Below, piece by piece: positions 37,652-46,690 of a stretch of 64,000 nt of DNA. How positions within the stretch are numbered: the stretch's first letter is position 1; the number at the start of each line of letters is the position of its first letter. The notes beneath the pieces are model-generated. The model was not told the DNA's origin. It worked only from the letters and a program-made list of their open reading frames with translations, and searched no databases. The stretch is from the IMG/VR virus record IMGVR_UViG_3300042470_001171, positions 1 to 64,000 of that record; one strand, given 5' to 3'. Both the position numbers and the translations under genes were made by a program. Origin of the DNA: a virus (lineage: Duplodnaviria; Caudoviricetes).

Positions 37652-37891
37652 CCCCACGGGTGTGGGGGTGAGTCTTGCGACTCTTGAGGCCCACTGCGGT
37701 GGGGGTGTCTCGACTTGGGGAAAGGTGCCCCACCAAGTGGGGGTGAGTCGAGATGGCGGGGAGGCCCACTGCGGTGGGGGTGAGTCGGTTTAGCTCCTGT
37801 GCCCCACTAGGTGGGGGTGACTCCTACAGGGTTATGGTGTCCCACGGGGTGGGGGTGGCTCAGTAGCCTTTGAGGCCCCACGGGGTGGGGG
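37652..37891 (+). CRISPR. Array H: 7 hairpin repeats with 12-15 nt intervals, right after the replication operon
   Basis: (C/G)CCCAC-N3/4-GTGGGG-GTG at ~36-38 nt period with unique intervening sequence. Confidence 0.8.
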
Positions 37892-37995
37892 AAGAAACCC
37901 AGCCATGGGCTAATGATTGGGTTGTGCTAAAATAGAAGTGCCCTAGGGCGGCTCAACACCCCAGGGCAATGTCCCCTACCACAACTAGGAGAGCT

Positions 37996-38697
37996 ATGAA
38001 TAGCTTAGCAGTTTTTGAGTTTGATTACAGTGGTTCCACCGTTCGCAGCACCGAGGATCGGCGGTTTAGTGTCTACGATGTGCTGGTAGCGTTCGGGGTG
38101 GCTGATAAGCCATCCAACGCTAAGAATGTCTATGATCGGCTTGCTGCAAGCAATCTAGAACTAACTACGATCTGTAGTAAGTTCAAATTCCCAGGCCGAG
38201 GGCAGCGAGACACCCCGGTAGCCACTGAAGAGGGCATCTACCAGATCCTGATGCTGTGCCCTGGCCAGCGTGGTGCAGAGTTCCGGGCCTGGGCCGCTGG
38301 CATTCTTGCCGACCCAGACAAGGCCCTGACCCATGCTGTCAGCAAGTACAAGCGCCAAGGCCGATCCGACAACTGGATTAAGGCTAGGCTAGACGGCAAG
38401 CTGAACCGCCGACACTTCACCGATACCCTCAAGGAACACGGTGTTGAAGGTATTGGCTATGCCAAGTGCAGCGATGCTATCAACGTCCCGATCCTGGGTG
38501 CCCCGGCCAAGCAGATCCAGCAGGCCCGGGGAGTAGTGCATACCAGGGATGGGCTTGATGATGTGGAGCTAGCGGCCATCAGCCTGGCTGAAGCAGTGGC
38601 TAGAAGGTCAATTGACCAGGATAGCCGCTGGGGCAATAGCCAGTGCGAAGAGGCTTGCGGCGATGCAGCTAGGAAGGTGAAGCGGGTTTTCGAGTAG
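37996..38697 (+). CDS. Bro-N/antirepressor-like DNA-binding protein
   Basis: FSVYDVL...FKFPGRGQRDTPVATEEGIYQILMLCPG..GAEFRAWA; AGGAG RBS; TGTGCTAAAAT promoter. Confidence 0.7.
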   Translation: MNSLAVFEFDYSGSTVRSTEDRRFSVYDVLVAFGVADKPSNAKNVYDRLAASNLELTTICSKFKFPGRGQRDTPVATEEGIYQILMLCPGQRGAEFRAWAAGILADPDKALTHAVSKYKRQGRSDNWIKARLDGKLNRRHFTDTLKEHGVEGIGYAKCSDAINVPILGAPAKQIQQARGVVHTRDGLDDVELAAISLAEAVARRSIDQDSRWGNSQCEEACGDAARKVKRVFE

Positions 38698-38779
38698 TAG
38701 AACCCAACTGTAAGCTGGTGGCTGTTGTCTGGGAATTATATGTTAAGCTGGATCCACAGCTTGACAAAATCCCTCGGTT

Positions 38780-40654
38780 ATGCGTAATACTCCTGACGAC
38801 AGCCAGATCAAACTGTTTGACTTTTTTGATGAAGTCAAGCCTAAGATTGAGCTAGGGCAGTCGTTTGAGCGCGTCGACGATGCTGCTAAGCAAGGGTTGA
38901 TTCCGCCGTACGATTTTCAAAGTCCTGAAGGAATACCGTTTTGGCTACTGGTTACTGCATCAGGGTTCAAGGGGGAAGAGCGAGATGATTGTTGTGACCT
39001 TTACGCCAAAAAGGGCTCAACCGACCTTGTCGATCCTGTGCAGTTGCCGGTCGAGCTAGCATGTCTGGCTCTATATAAAAATATTGAGTTTTATCGGTCC
39101 ACGAAGGCTGTTGACGATGACGCAATTATTGTCAGCATTGGCAGCAAACTTGGTAGCCTGAAGCAGGCGATCATTGATTCCGGTCAGACGATTTCTCAGT
39201 CTCAGTCAGTCAGGCGGGTGTTGACTGCCAGGGCATTGATTGATTACCTAGGGATTGGCGGGCATCCGTTTTTTGGTGAACAGGATCAAAGGTCAGGCCT
39301 GGAAATTAAGGTAGATGAGCGAATATTAAAGGCTTGCGTCCGTCCGATCACGGGTACTAATCTGCGGAGTAAAGCCCGAGGTAACGGGGATGAAGAGCGC
39401 AGTCTTTATCCTGATCGGATTGAATATTTAGTTCAGCAAGAAAAGTTATATACCTGGAAGGAACGTAGGGTTAACTACTACTGCGTGACCCCTCCGCCAG
39501 ATGAGCCAGATCCAGCCTCGGCTGTCGTTGAAGCTGAGGTTGAGGTAGTCGAAGTTGCCCAGGAAAGTCCTGGGGCGTTGGTACCAATCGCCCAAGCCCT
39601 GACCAATGCTGAGACGCTGCAAGACGTTTTAGAACACGGAGTTCGGCAGAGGTTTTATGAGACTTTTCAGGAAGACAAAAACCAGGAGTTGTTTGAAGGC
39701 GCTTTACTTGCCTGCGCTAGAGGAATAGGCCGTCAGTTTGAATGGGTCATGTTTGAAGGCAAGAAATGGCTAACGGTCAAACAGCTGGCATCATTGCTGA
39801 GCCTGGAGGAAAATAGCGTTCTTTGGTGGTTTAGAGGCTGCCCCGTACAAGAAACTGTTTTAACTGAGCGGTTGGCCGGGGATAGGTTAAAAAACTACAA
39901 AAACATTTATAACCCCCTGACCCCTCCAGAGGCAGGTGAGTGGTACTCACCTGCCTCTGGAGGGGTAGAGGGGTTGTTTGACAAAACGGTCCATCCATTT
40001 TCATCTCACTTGCTATTGTTCAACCCTGCCGGGGCGTCTTGGATAGCTTTGGCGGCGCGTACTGAGCCAGCCGAGTTGATTAAGAGCAGTTTTTGGGTTG
40101 CATTGGCAGAGATCGCTAATGTCCTAAAAGGTCAGATACAAACATCGGGAAATTCTCTTCAAACTTCCGATCCAGTCGCGTGGGAAATGTTGGTTAACAT
40201 ACATAGGGATGTACAGATTGTGAAAGATCGGTTGGATAATAATGTAGTTCCTACAACTATTAGGACAGAAGAGATAGTGAACGAAATCAACAGAAACACA
40301 AGCTCCCCACGGAGACATTTTCTCCCAGAAGCTATATCTGGCGCTATAGAGGCTTTCCTGTACATCACGCTCAATGCCGGGCGGGATGTCATAGACCAAA
40401 CGTTACTGATCAACGCTGATGGGTCTAAAACTAAAGATTGCGAGCTTGATCACATAAGGAGCAGGTCAGTCAGATCTGCCGAAAATTGTATGCCGCTAAG
40501 TAAATCTACTCATCTCAAAAAAACCCACGGACAACTGACACCTGAGGAAAAATCCACGCTTGAAAGGGCGGAAAAGGCCATAGAACACTATTGGGCACAG
40601 AAGAGTCAGATAGAGCCCTATCAGCCGGGCCTTTTACTTGACACCCAACTATAA
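38780..40654 (+). CDS. Large lower-GC protein with C-terminal HNH-like motif
   Basis: ELDHI...ENCMPLSKSTHLKKT. Confidence 0.55.
   Translation: MRNTPDDSQIKLFDFFDEVKPKIELGQSFERVDDAAKQGLIPPYDFQSPEGIPFWLLVTASGFKGEERDDCCDLYAKKGSTDLVDPVQLPVELACLALYKNIEFYRSTKAVDDDAIIVSIGSKLGSLKQAIIDSGQTISQSQSVRRVLTARALIDYLGIGGHPFFGEQDQRSGLEIKVDERILKACVRPITGTNLRSKARGNGDEERSLYPDRIEYLVQQEKLYTWKERRVNYYCVTPPPDEPDPASAVVEAEVEVVEVAQESPGALVPIAQALTNAETLQDVLEHGVRQRFYETFQEDKNQELFEGALLACARGIGRQFEWVMFEGKKWLTVKQLASLLSLEENSVLWWFRGCPVQETVLTERLAGDRLKNYKNIYNPLTPPEAGEWYSPASGGVEGLFDKTVHPFSSHLLLFNPAGASWIALAARTEPAELIKSSFWVALAEIANVLKGQIQTSGNSLQTSDPVAWEMLVNIHRDVQIVKDRLDNNVVPTTIRTEEIVNEINRNTSSPRRHFLPEAISGAIEAFLYITLNAGRDVIDQTLLINADGSKTKDCELDHIRSRSVRSAENCMPLSKSTHLKKTHGQLTPEEKSTLERAEKAIEHYWAQKSQIEPYQPGLLLDTQL
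39920..39966. repeat. Perfect 22-bp inverted repeat with 3-nt loop
   Basis: ACCCCTCCAGAGGCAGGTGAGT-GGT-ACTCACCTGCCTCTGGAGGGGT. Confidence 0.9.
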
Positions 40655-40848
40655 GCGGCTAGCCTGTTGACACATTCTGCAGCCGGTGTTAGCATGTTGG
40701 TTCCTGGCCTGGGGTGGTGCCTGGGCTTTGGTAGTAATTTCGCTTTTTTGGAGAAGGACGGTCGTTAGGCCGTCTTTTTTATGCCTTACCCCCCACCCCA
40801 GCCCGCTGGCCACCTGGCGGGCTTTGTCGTGGCTGGCCAGGGCTGGCC

Positions 40849-41397
40849 CTAGCGGTACGGGTCCACCGGGCCTATGGCCTTCCCCCCAGCCACCACAGCC
40901 CGGGCATCCACATCAGCGCCATAGCTAGCCATGGCATCCGCCGCCACTTCAGCCATAGCCAGGTCTAGCCTAGCTAGGTAAAGCTGGGGCCTAGCTGGCC
41001 AGATGCAGCATAGCCCGGGCTCTGCCGCCAGGGCATCTCCACTGGCCACCAGGGTAAGGTACTGGGCGGTGTCGGGGTCGATGGGATCATGGGGGAGGGT
41101 AGACAGCAGCCAGTCTGCCACCAGGCGGGCCTTGATCTCCTGGCCATGGCATAGCCAGCCGTAGAACACCTCCCGCAGATCTCGCACCCAGGCAGGGCAC
41201 CACCACAACACCTCCCCGGCCTCCAGCATGGCCGCCAGGGCATCAGTAGGGTATCCGGTAGCCTCCAGTGCCTCAACGTGGGCGCTGACAGCTTCTAGGG
41301 CTTCCTGGTCCAGGTCGGTGGCAAACCATAGCTCCCAGTCGGCTGAGGCTGTTGCTGAGGCGGCCTGGGCTTCCAGGTAAGCGGTGGTGGGGCTCAT
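40849..41397 (-). CDS. Hypothetical protein
   Basis: ATGA overlap with upstream gene. Confidence 0.6.
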   Translation of the reverse strand: MSPTTAYLEAQAASATASADWELWFATDLDQEALEAVSAHVEALEATGYPTDALAAMLEAGEVLWWCPAWVRDLREVFYGWLCHGQEIKARLVADWLLSTLPHDPIDPDTAQYLTLVASGDALAAEPGLCCIWPARPQLYLARLDLAMAEVAADAMASYGADVDARAVVAGGKAIGPVDPYR

Positions 41398-41753
41398 GGT
41401 TTGTCAGTCTTCCCAAAGAAAAAGTTGGCAGTGTCCTGGGCCACCCGATAGGACGGCCTATGAGGCTGTTCATCCCTGCGGATCGGGGTGACTCCCATGG
41501 TATTGCAATAGGCGTAGATGGCCTCCCTCAATAGCGCCATGTCTTTGCTGCGCCATAGCTTCATCGGGTGAATGCCCAGGGTGTCGACGATCAGCTTCTG
41601 GCACCATCCAGGGTTAACGCCTTGGGACTCCATGAATAGGAAAAAGTCTTTCCCCGCCTGCCTGCACTTTTCCGATAGTTCATCGTCAGAGTAGCGGGAT
41701 ATAACCTCTTCAATTTGCTGCAAAATTGCCAGGATCTTCTGGTTTTGGTTCAT
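41394..41753 (-). CDS. Hypothetical protein
   Basis: GAGG RBS. Confidence 0.6.
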   Translation of the reverse strand: MNQNQKILAILQQIEEVISRYSDDELSEKCRQAGKDFFLFMESQGVNPGWCQKLIVDTLGIHPMKLWRSKDMALLREAIYAYCNTMGVTPIRRDEQPHRPSYRVAQDTANFFFGKTDKP

Positions 41754-42136
41754 AATGTTTGTGCCTCACTTGTTAGCTGAATTAACGGTGGGGTAGCCGT
41801 TCCATCGTTTGTTGACGCAAGCGGTGGAACGCATCTACTATTTTACCCCATTTTTGATTAAAAGTCTTGGCCAGGGCAGGCCCCAAAGCAAAACCCCCAG
41901 CTAGGCCGGGGGTCTGCGGGGGAGTGTGGTTAGCACCAGGCTTCAAGCCCTTGGCTTCGACTTCCGTAGGCTAGCGACTGACGGGGAGGACAGCATCTCC
42001 GCCTAACCCCACTCCCCCCCCCACCACTCCCCCACCCCAGCCCGCTGGCCACCTGGCGGGCTTTGTCGTGGCTGGCCAGGGCTGGCCCCAAAGCAAAACC
42101 CCCAGCTAGGCCGGGGGTCTGCGGGGGAGGTGGTGG

Positions 42137-42313
42137 CTAGGCTACCTCGATCAGGGCCAGTAGCTTGGCCATTTCGTCACTGTTGTCTACGGTGTAGGCC
42201 CCGTTGCCATCGTTGCAGGTGACTTCCAGGGAGTCCTCGTTAACCTCGATGCTGACGATATGGGCCAGGTTGAGCAGGTAAGCGCCGTCTTGGATGGAAA
42301 TAAACTTGGGCAT
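42137..42313 (-). CDS. Small cassette protein
   Basis: TTGACA/TATATT promoter, CCACTTACCGAGGA leader, terminator. Confidence 0.65.
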   Translation of the reverse strand: MPKFISIQDGAYLLNLAHIVSIEVNEDSLEVTCNDGNGAYTVDNSDEMAKLLALIEVA

Positions 42314-42460
42314 GGGTCGGTCCTCGGTAAGTGGTTCGATACCCTCAATATACCCCCCCTGTATCGAACTGTCAACCCCGGCCATGGGTTTTTTGTTGAC
42401 GGCCATAGGCTTTTGTTCGGGTTTCTGCTAGGCTAGTGGGGACGTACATCGGATCCACCC

Positions 42461-42922
42461 ATGACTAAGACCCTTGCCCGCCTTGCCGACCTAGAGCCTG
42501 CCATCCTAGCTGAGCGGCCAGCCAGCGCTGATGCCCTGGGCGACCTACAACGCGCCATCCAACTGGTGAATGATGGCCTAGTCAGCGGGGAGCCTGTTGA
42601 TACCATGGCTGCCCGGTATGTGGCCTGCATGGAGGCCCTGGTGGTGCTAGCCAGCCAGCAAGGCAGTAGCTTGGCCCAGTGTCGGGAGTCGTTGCAGGAG
42701 CCGATCAAAGGCTTTAGCCAGTTCTACAATAGCCAGCATCCCACCTGGGAGAAGCTGCCCCTGTGGATGTCCTGCCTAGCTGGGGCGCTTAAGTATTACT
42801 CGAAAATGGCGATATACCACCTAGGCGCTATTTCTGAGGCTATCAACGACGGTGCCCGGATCAACCTGGCCAGGACCGCAGACGACCTGCTGGCCATGCA
42901 CTGGGCGGACAAGGTAGGCTAG
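42461..42922 (+). CDS. Hypothetical protein
   Basis: ORF track; helical composition. Confidence 0.55.
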   Translation: MTKTLARLADLEPAILAERPASADALGDLQRAIQLVNDGLVSGEPVDTMAARYVACMEALVVLASQQGSSLAQCRESLQEPIKGFSQFYNSQHPTWEKLPLWMSCLAGALKYYSKMAIYHLGAISEAINDGARINLARTADDLLAMHWADKVG

Positions 42923-43199
42923 GGCCAGTTAGCCCGGAGGAACCATGACCCAAGACCAGATGATCGTTGAGCTACAGGCCATGTCAGCCTTGCTGAAGAG
43001 TGGCCAGGACTTTGACCGGGAGGCCCTGATCGCGGAGCTGAGCCAGCTGCGGGACCAGCTGCGGGCTGAGGCAGAAGCAGAGTAGCCTTACCACCCCGCC
43101 AGTACCCCGGCTAGCCCGGGGTTTTTTATTGCAGGCTGTTGACGGTTCGATATGGTGGGGGTATAGTGGAGGAAAGAAACCACTTACGAGGATCACGTT

Positions 43200-43445
43200 A
43201 TGTCTACGCCTACTATGTGTCAAACCTTTGGGGCTGAGGTCAATCAAGCATTGGTGATGTTTGCGCCTGAGTACATGGGCGGCACAGTCGAGCAAGTTTC
43301 GTATGGTGATCGTGATGGTTGCCGCTATCAGAAGGATGACTTGATTATCGTTTTCGATGGCAGTCGTGTCAGCATTCCGCATAAAAACATCACCACTCAC
43401 TCGGTATGGTCTACCGTTGGCAAATATTTCTACAAGCCAGAGTAG
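43200..43445 (+). CDS. Small cassette protein
   Basis: TTGACG/TATAGT promoter, CCACTTACGAGGA leader, flanked by duplicated terminators. Confidence 0.7.
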   Translation: MSTPTMCQTFGAEVNQALVMFAPEYMGGTVEQVSYGDRDGCRYQKDDLIIVFDGSRVSIPHKNITTHSVWSTVGKYFYKPE

Positions 43446-43527
43446 CCTGACTCCACGCCACCCCACCCCGGCTAGTCCGGGGTTTTTTGTTGCCTGGGCA
43501 CCCTAAACAAAACGATGGGGATCTGCT

Positions 43528-43710
43528 ATGGCTATTGTCTACATTGTCCTGGGCCTGGCTGCCATGACAGCCTGCCTCCTGTTTGCCGGGGCCACCCGGG
43601 TCGCTATCCGTCGCCGGCATCGCTCCTGGGTATCCACCGCCTGGGCCTCGGTGATCAGCGCTGGCTGGGTCGTGGTCGCTGTCCGTGGCCTGATGCAGTT
43701 GTGGCACTAA
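43528..43710 (+). CDS. Small two-TM membrane protein (holin-like?)
   Basis: Two hydrophobic helices with an Arg-rich loop; GGGCACCCT upstream. Confidence 0.45.
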   Translation: MAIVYIVLGLAAMTACLLFAGATRVAIRRRHRSWVSTAWASVISAGWVVVAVRGLMQLWH

Positions 43711-43713
43711 ACT

Positions 43714-44070
43714 ATGTTGCTTTACTATCCCGATGGCCAGTCCATCAACATTCCAGACATTGACGCGCCTGCATGGATCCGACTCCATGGCATGACCACC
43801 GAACCGCCGTCAAGCCCGGCCCCATTGCCAGCGCCTAGCCCAGCTGCCATGCCCCAAGCTTTGGCCCTGATCAATGCAGCAGCTACGGCTGATGAGATCA
43901 GCGTCCTGCCCACCATCGGCAAGGGTGCGGCCAAGCTGATCCTGGAGGCCCGGCCAGAGGGTGGCTACCCGTCCCTAGCTGCTATCTGGGAGCAATGCCC
44001 TAGGGTGCTGGCAAGGCCCTATAGCACCGATCCAGCGGTGGTGGAGGCCTGGGATGCCGACGCCCCTTGA
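43714..44070 (+). CDS. Helix-hairpin-helix protein
   Basis: INAAATADEISVLPTIGKGAAKLILEARP.GGY. Confidence 0.7.
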   Translation: MLLYYPDGQSINIPDIDAPAWIRLHGMTTEPPSSPAPLPAPSPAAMPQALALINAAATADEISVLPTIGKGAAKLILEARPEGGYPSLAAIWEQCPRVLARPYSTDPAVVEAWDADAP

Positions 44071-44548
44071 CCAGTACGCTAGCCTTACTTTGGTAATGAC
44101 GGTGCCAGCTACGGCTACCACCAACGCCAGCGGGCTGCCGGAGTCGTTGGTGACTACCCAGGTCGGCGTAGCGTGGATCAAGGTCGGCAATGATCGGCTA
44201 CTGCAGGAGGCGGGCAGTACCTTGACCGAGATCCCGCTAGAGGGTTACTTCCTGGCACCCCAGCGGCCAGCCTCGACGATCCGGCCCGGGGTAACCATGC
44301 CCGCTTATTTATGGCGGCTGTCGCAGGACTTCACGCTGATCAACCCCAGCACTGGCCTGTTGCGTACCTGGGGAAGCTTGGCTAGCTTCAATGCCTTTGT
44401 TGAGCGCAACCGCCGCCACCTCGACCACGAAGGCCAGTTTACCCTAGGCGCTACCCTGGCTAGCCAGTACCAGCTCCCTGATCAACTGCTAGGCAAAAAG
44501 CTATCAGGGGTATTTAGCTATCGGGTGCAGTGGGGTGATGTGGTGTGA
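44054..44548 (+). CDS. Putative head-tail joining protein
   Basis: Position in neck operon. Confidence 0.45.
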   Translation: MPTPLDQYASLTLVMTVPATATTNASGLPESLVTTQVGVAWIKVGNDRLLQEAGSTLTEIPLEGYFLAPQRPASTIRPGVTMPAYLWRLSQDFTLINPSTGLLRTWGSLASFNAFVERNRRHLDHEGQFTLGATLASQYQLPDQLLGKKLSGVFSYRVQWGDVV

Positions 44549-46455
44549 GCCGCCAGCTAGTCAACATTGCCGACCGCTACGACGCCGAACTAGACAAGGC
44601 CAGTCAGGATGTGCTGAAGCGCATTGCAGCAGCCTATGACGTTAGCTACCGAGCTATGGTGGCTAAGCTGCGGGATGCCATGCCACGGCTGCAGCAGGCC
44701 GGCAGCATCTCTACGCTGGTGCGCCAGGGGGCGATTGCAGCGGAGCTGGGCGAGGCGCTCAAATTTCTTAACCCTAGCAATGAGCAAGCCATTGAGCAGC
44801 TAGGCTATGACGTAATTCAGCAGGCGGTTGACTTGGGCCAGCAAATGGCAGGCGACAGCTTGAACTATATCGGACTCCAGGCCCCGTTTACCACCATCCC
44901 GATTGGCGCAGTCCGTAACCAGGCGGAACGGTTCAGAGAGCGCCTAGTCAACTATTCCAACCAGCAAGCCAGCCAGATCAGCGCCGTAGTAGAGCAAGGT
45001 CTGATCCAAGGCTGGGGCACCCGCAAGATCGAAGGCCAGCTAAAGACGCTGGGGGTAAGCTTCAAGAGCAATGCGGAGACCATTGCCAGGACAGAAACCA
45101 TGAGCGCCTACAATGGGGCGGCCAAGAGCCGCTACGAGCAGGCAGGCGTGGCCTATGTGCAATGGATTGCCACCCCGGCTGAGGGCACCTGTAGCCTATG
45201 CTATGCCCGCAATACCAAAGCCTGGAAGACTGCCGAAGCGCCAGCGATCCCGGCCCATCCGCGCTGTCGTTGCACCTACCTACCAACGGCGTCGCTGAGT
45301 GACATTGACACCGCATTTTACGAAGACTACAGCAAGCAAGGCCTAGACGACCTGGAGCGCCAGGGCTTGCAGCCAGACAATGGGCCCACCTACTGGGAGA
45401 AAAAGGCAGGCGTCACCCCGGCTAAGCCTAGCTGGGTGCCAGGGCAGGCGGTGCCGGCTGCGCCGGCGGCGGCTAAGCCTGCGCTTAAATTTGAGGTACC
45501 TGAGCGCATTGGTAGCAACAACGTTAAGTTGTATGAAACCGCTGCGGGGCGCAGTCCTGAGCTTTCTAAGCAAGAGATCTTGAAAGCTCGCGAGTTTATG
45601 CCGAACGATGGCTACACGAAAGATAAAATCAAGAGAATTAGGTCTGAGTCTGCGTCTATCACCGCCGACGAGGCAAGGGCGATTGCATCTTACATTCACT
45701 CCGATTCTTACGGCGACATGGCTCGGAGGGTTTATGGTCCAAGCGATCAGCTGGGACCGGTCAGAGGTACTAACGCTGGCGTTGACGCAACAAATGTGCT
45801 TGCAGCGCAAGGCTTGCGCAAGTTAGCGGCTGTAACGGAAGACTCAATTAATGATAAAGCATTAGCTTTTGCTGAAAGAACGGGCAAGGATCCGGCGTTG
45901 TATGATAACGAAAGAGGGTTGACCCGACTAATGACGCTTGATAATGCGACAGCAGACAAGATCTTTAGTCGTTATCAAAAGGCGCTAAACGGTGACGAAC
46001 TGCTTGAAGAGGACACTTGGTTTGCAACTAGCACTCTTTCCCAGGATAAAATTCGTGTAGCCGGAGGAGTCAGCGCTAATTTCGTTTACAAGATCAGGCC
46101 GAGGCTCGATGGCGCGGGCCAAGGCCGTTATGTAGATCATTTTAAGAACGAGATGATCGAAGGCGAGGTTCTTTACCCTCCGTATTCCAGGTTTAGGGTA
46201 AAGTCGGTTCGCAAGGTCGACGGTTTAGAGCCAACTGTCGAGCAACAGCGTATGCGTGAAAATTCTTTAAACCTTAGGCGAGTGTCTGCCATGCAAGCAT
46301 TGCATGGCAGTAAATGGAAATCAGCCTGGAAGAAAGAGATTGGCGGCGAAGCTCCTAGTGCATCTGAGATGAAAAAATGGGAAGCTGATAGGGATGCGCT
46401 ACGCGGGATAAGATTTAGGCCGAATCAGTATGAGATTGAGCTAGAGGAGGTCTGA
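44545..46455 (+). CDS. MuF/SPP1 gp7 minor head protein with C-terminal ADP-ribosyltransferase-like domain
   Basis: AETIARTE...C..C...PAHPRCRC; C-terminal LTRL, FATST, EGEVLYPP..RFRV. Confidence 0.8.
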   Translation: MSRQLVNIADRYDAELDKASQDVLKRIAAAYDVSYRAMVAKLRDAMPRLQQAGSISTLVRQGAIAAELGEALKFLNPSNEQAIEQLGYDVIQQAVDLGQQMAGDSLNYIGLQAPFTTIPIGAVRNQAERFRERLVNYSNQQASQISAVVEQGLIQGWGTRKIEGQLKTLGVSFKSNAETIARTETMSAYNGAAKSRYEQAGVAYVQWIATPAEGTCSLCYARNTKAWKTAEAPAIPAHPRCRCTYLPTASLSDIDTAFYEDYSKQGLDDLERQGLQPDNGPTYWEKKAGVTPAKPSWVPGQAVPAAPAAAKPALKFEVPERIGSNNVKLYETAAGRSPELSKQEILKAREFMPNDGYTKDKIKRIRSESASITADEARAIASYIHSDSYGDMARRVYGPSDQLGPVRGTNAGVDATNVLAAQGLRKLAAVTEDSINDKALAFAERTGKDPALYDNERGLTRLMTLDNATADKIFSRYQKALNGDELLEEDTWFATSTLSQDKIRVAGGVSANFVYKIRPRLDGAGQGRYVDHFKNEMIEGEVLYPPYSRFRVKSVRKVDGLEPTVEQQRMRENSLNLRRVSAMQALHGSKWKSAWKKEIGGEAPSASEMKKWEADRDALRGIRFRPNQYEIELEEV

Positions 46456-46652
46456 TGTCACTTACGATTGAAGAAATGGCGCGAATCATTGTTGACAAAG
46501 AGATCCCTTTGTTACTAAGGATGGGGCCGCCTGACGAATACGCTGAGGATATTAAACTGGCACTAGCTGCTGGCCAACAAGATGACTATCTTGGCCTGGA
46601 TTACGATCAAGTGGTGGCTAAGCTTCGAGAAAATGCGAGGCAGGCGAAATAA
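46455..46652 (+). CDS. Small protein coupled to MuF-ART (candidate immunity)
   Basis: TGATG overlap; GGAGG RBS. Confidence 0.55.
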   Translation: MSLTIEEMARIIVDKEIPLLLRMGPPDEYAEDIKLALAAGQQDDYLGLDYDQVVAKLRENARQAK

Positions 46653-46690
46653 GCTTCAGGGCACCCTAGATCCAGCGCTCTGGATCCGTC

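Noticed and set aside
39920-39966. Protelomerase (tel) site interpretation of the 22-bp inverted repeat
   Set aside because: It has a 3-nt loop, lies within a CDS, and no protelomerase gene was recognised
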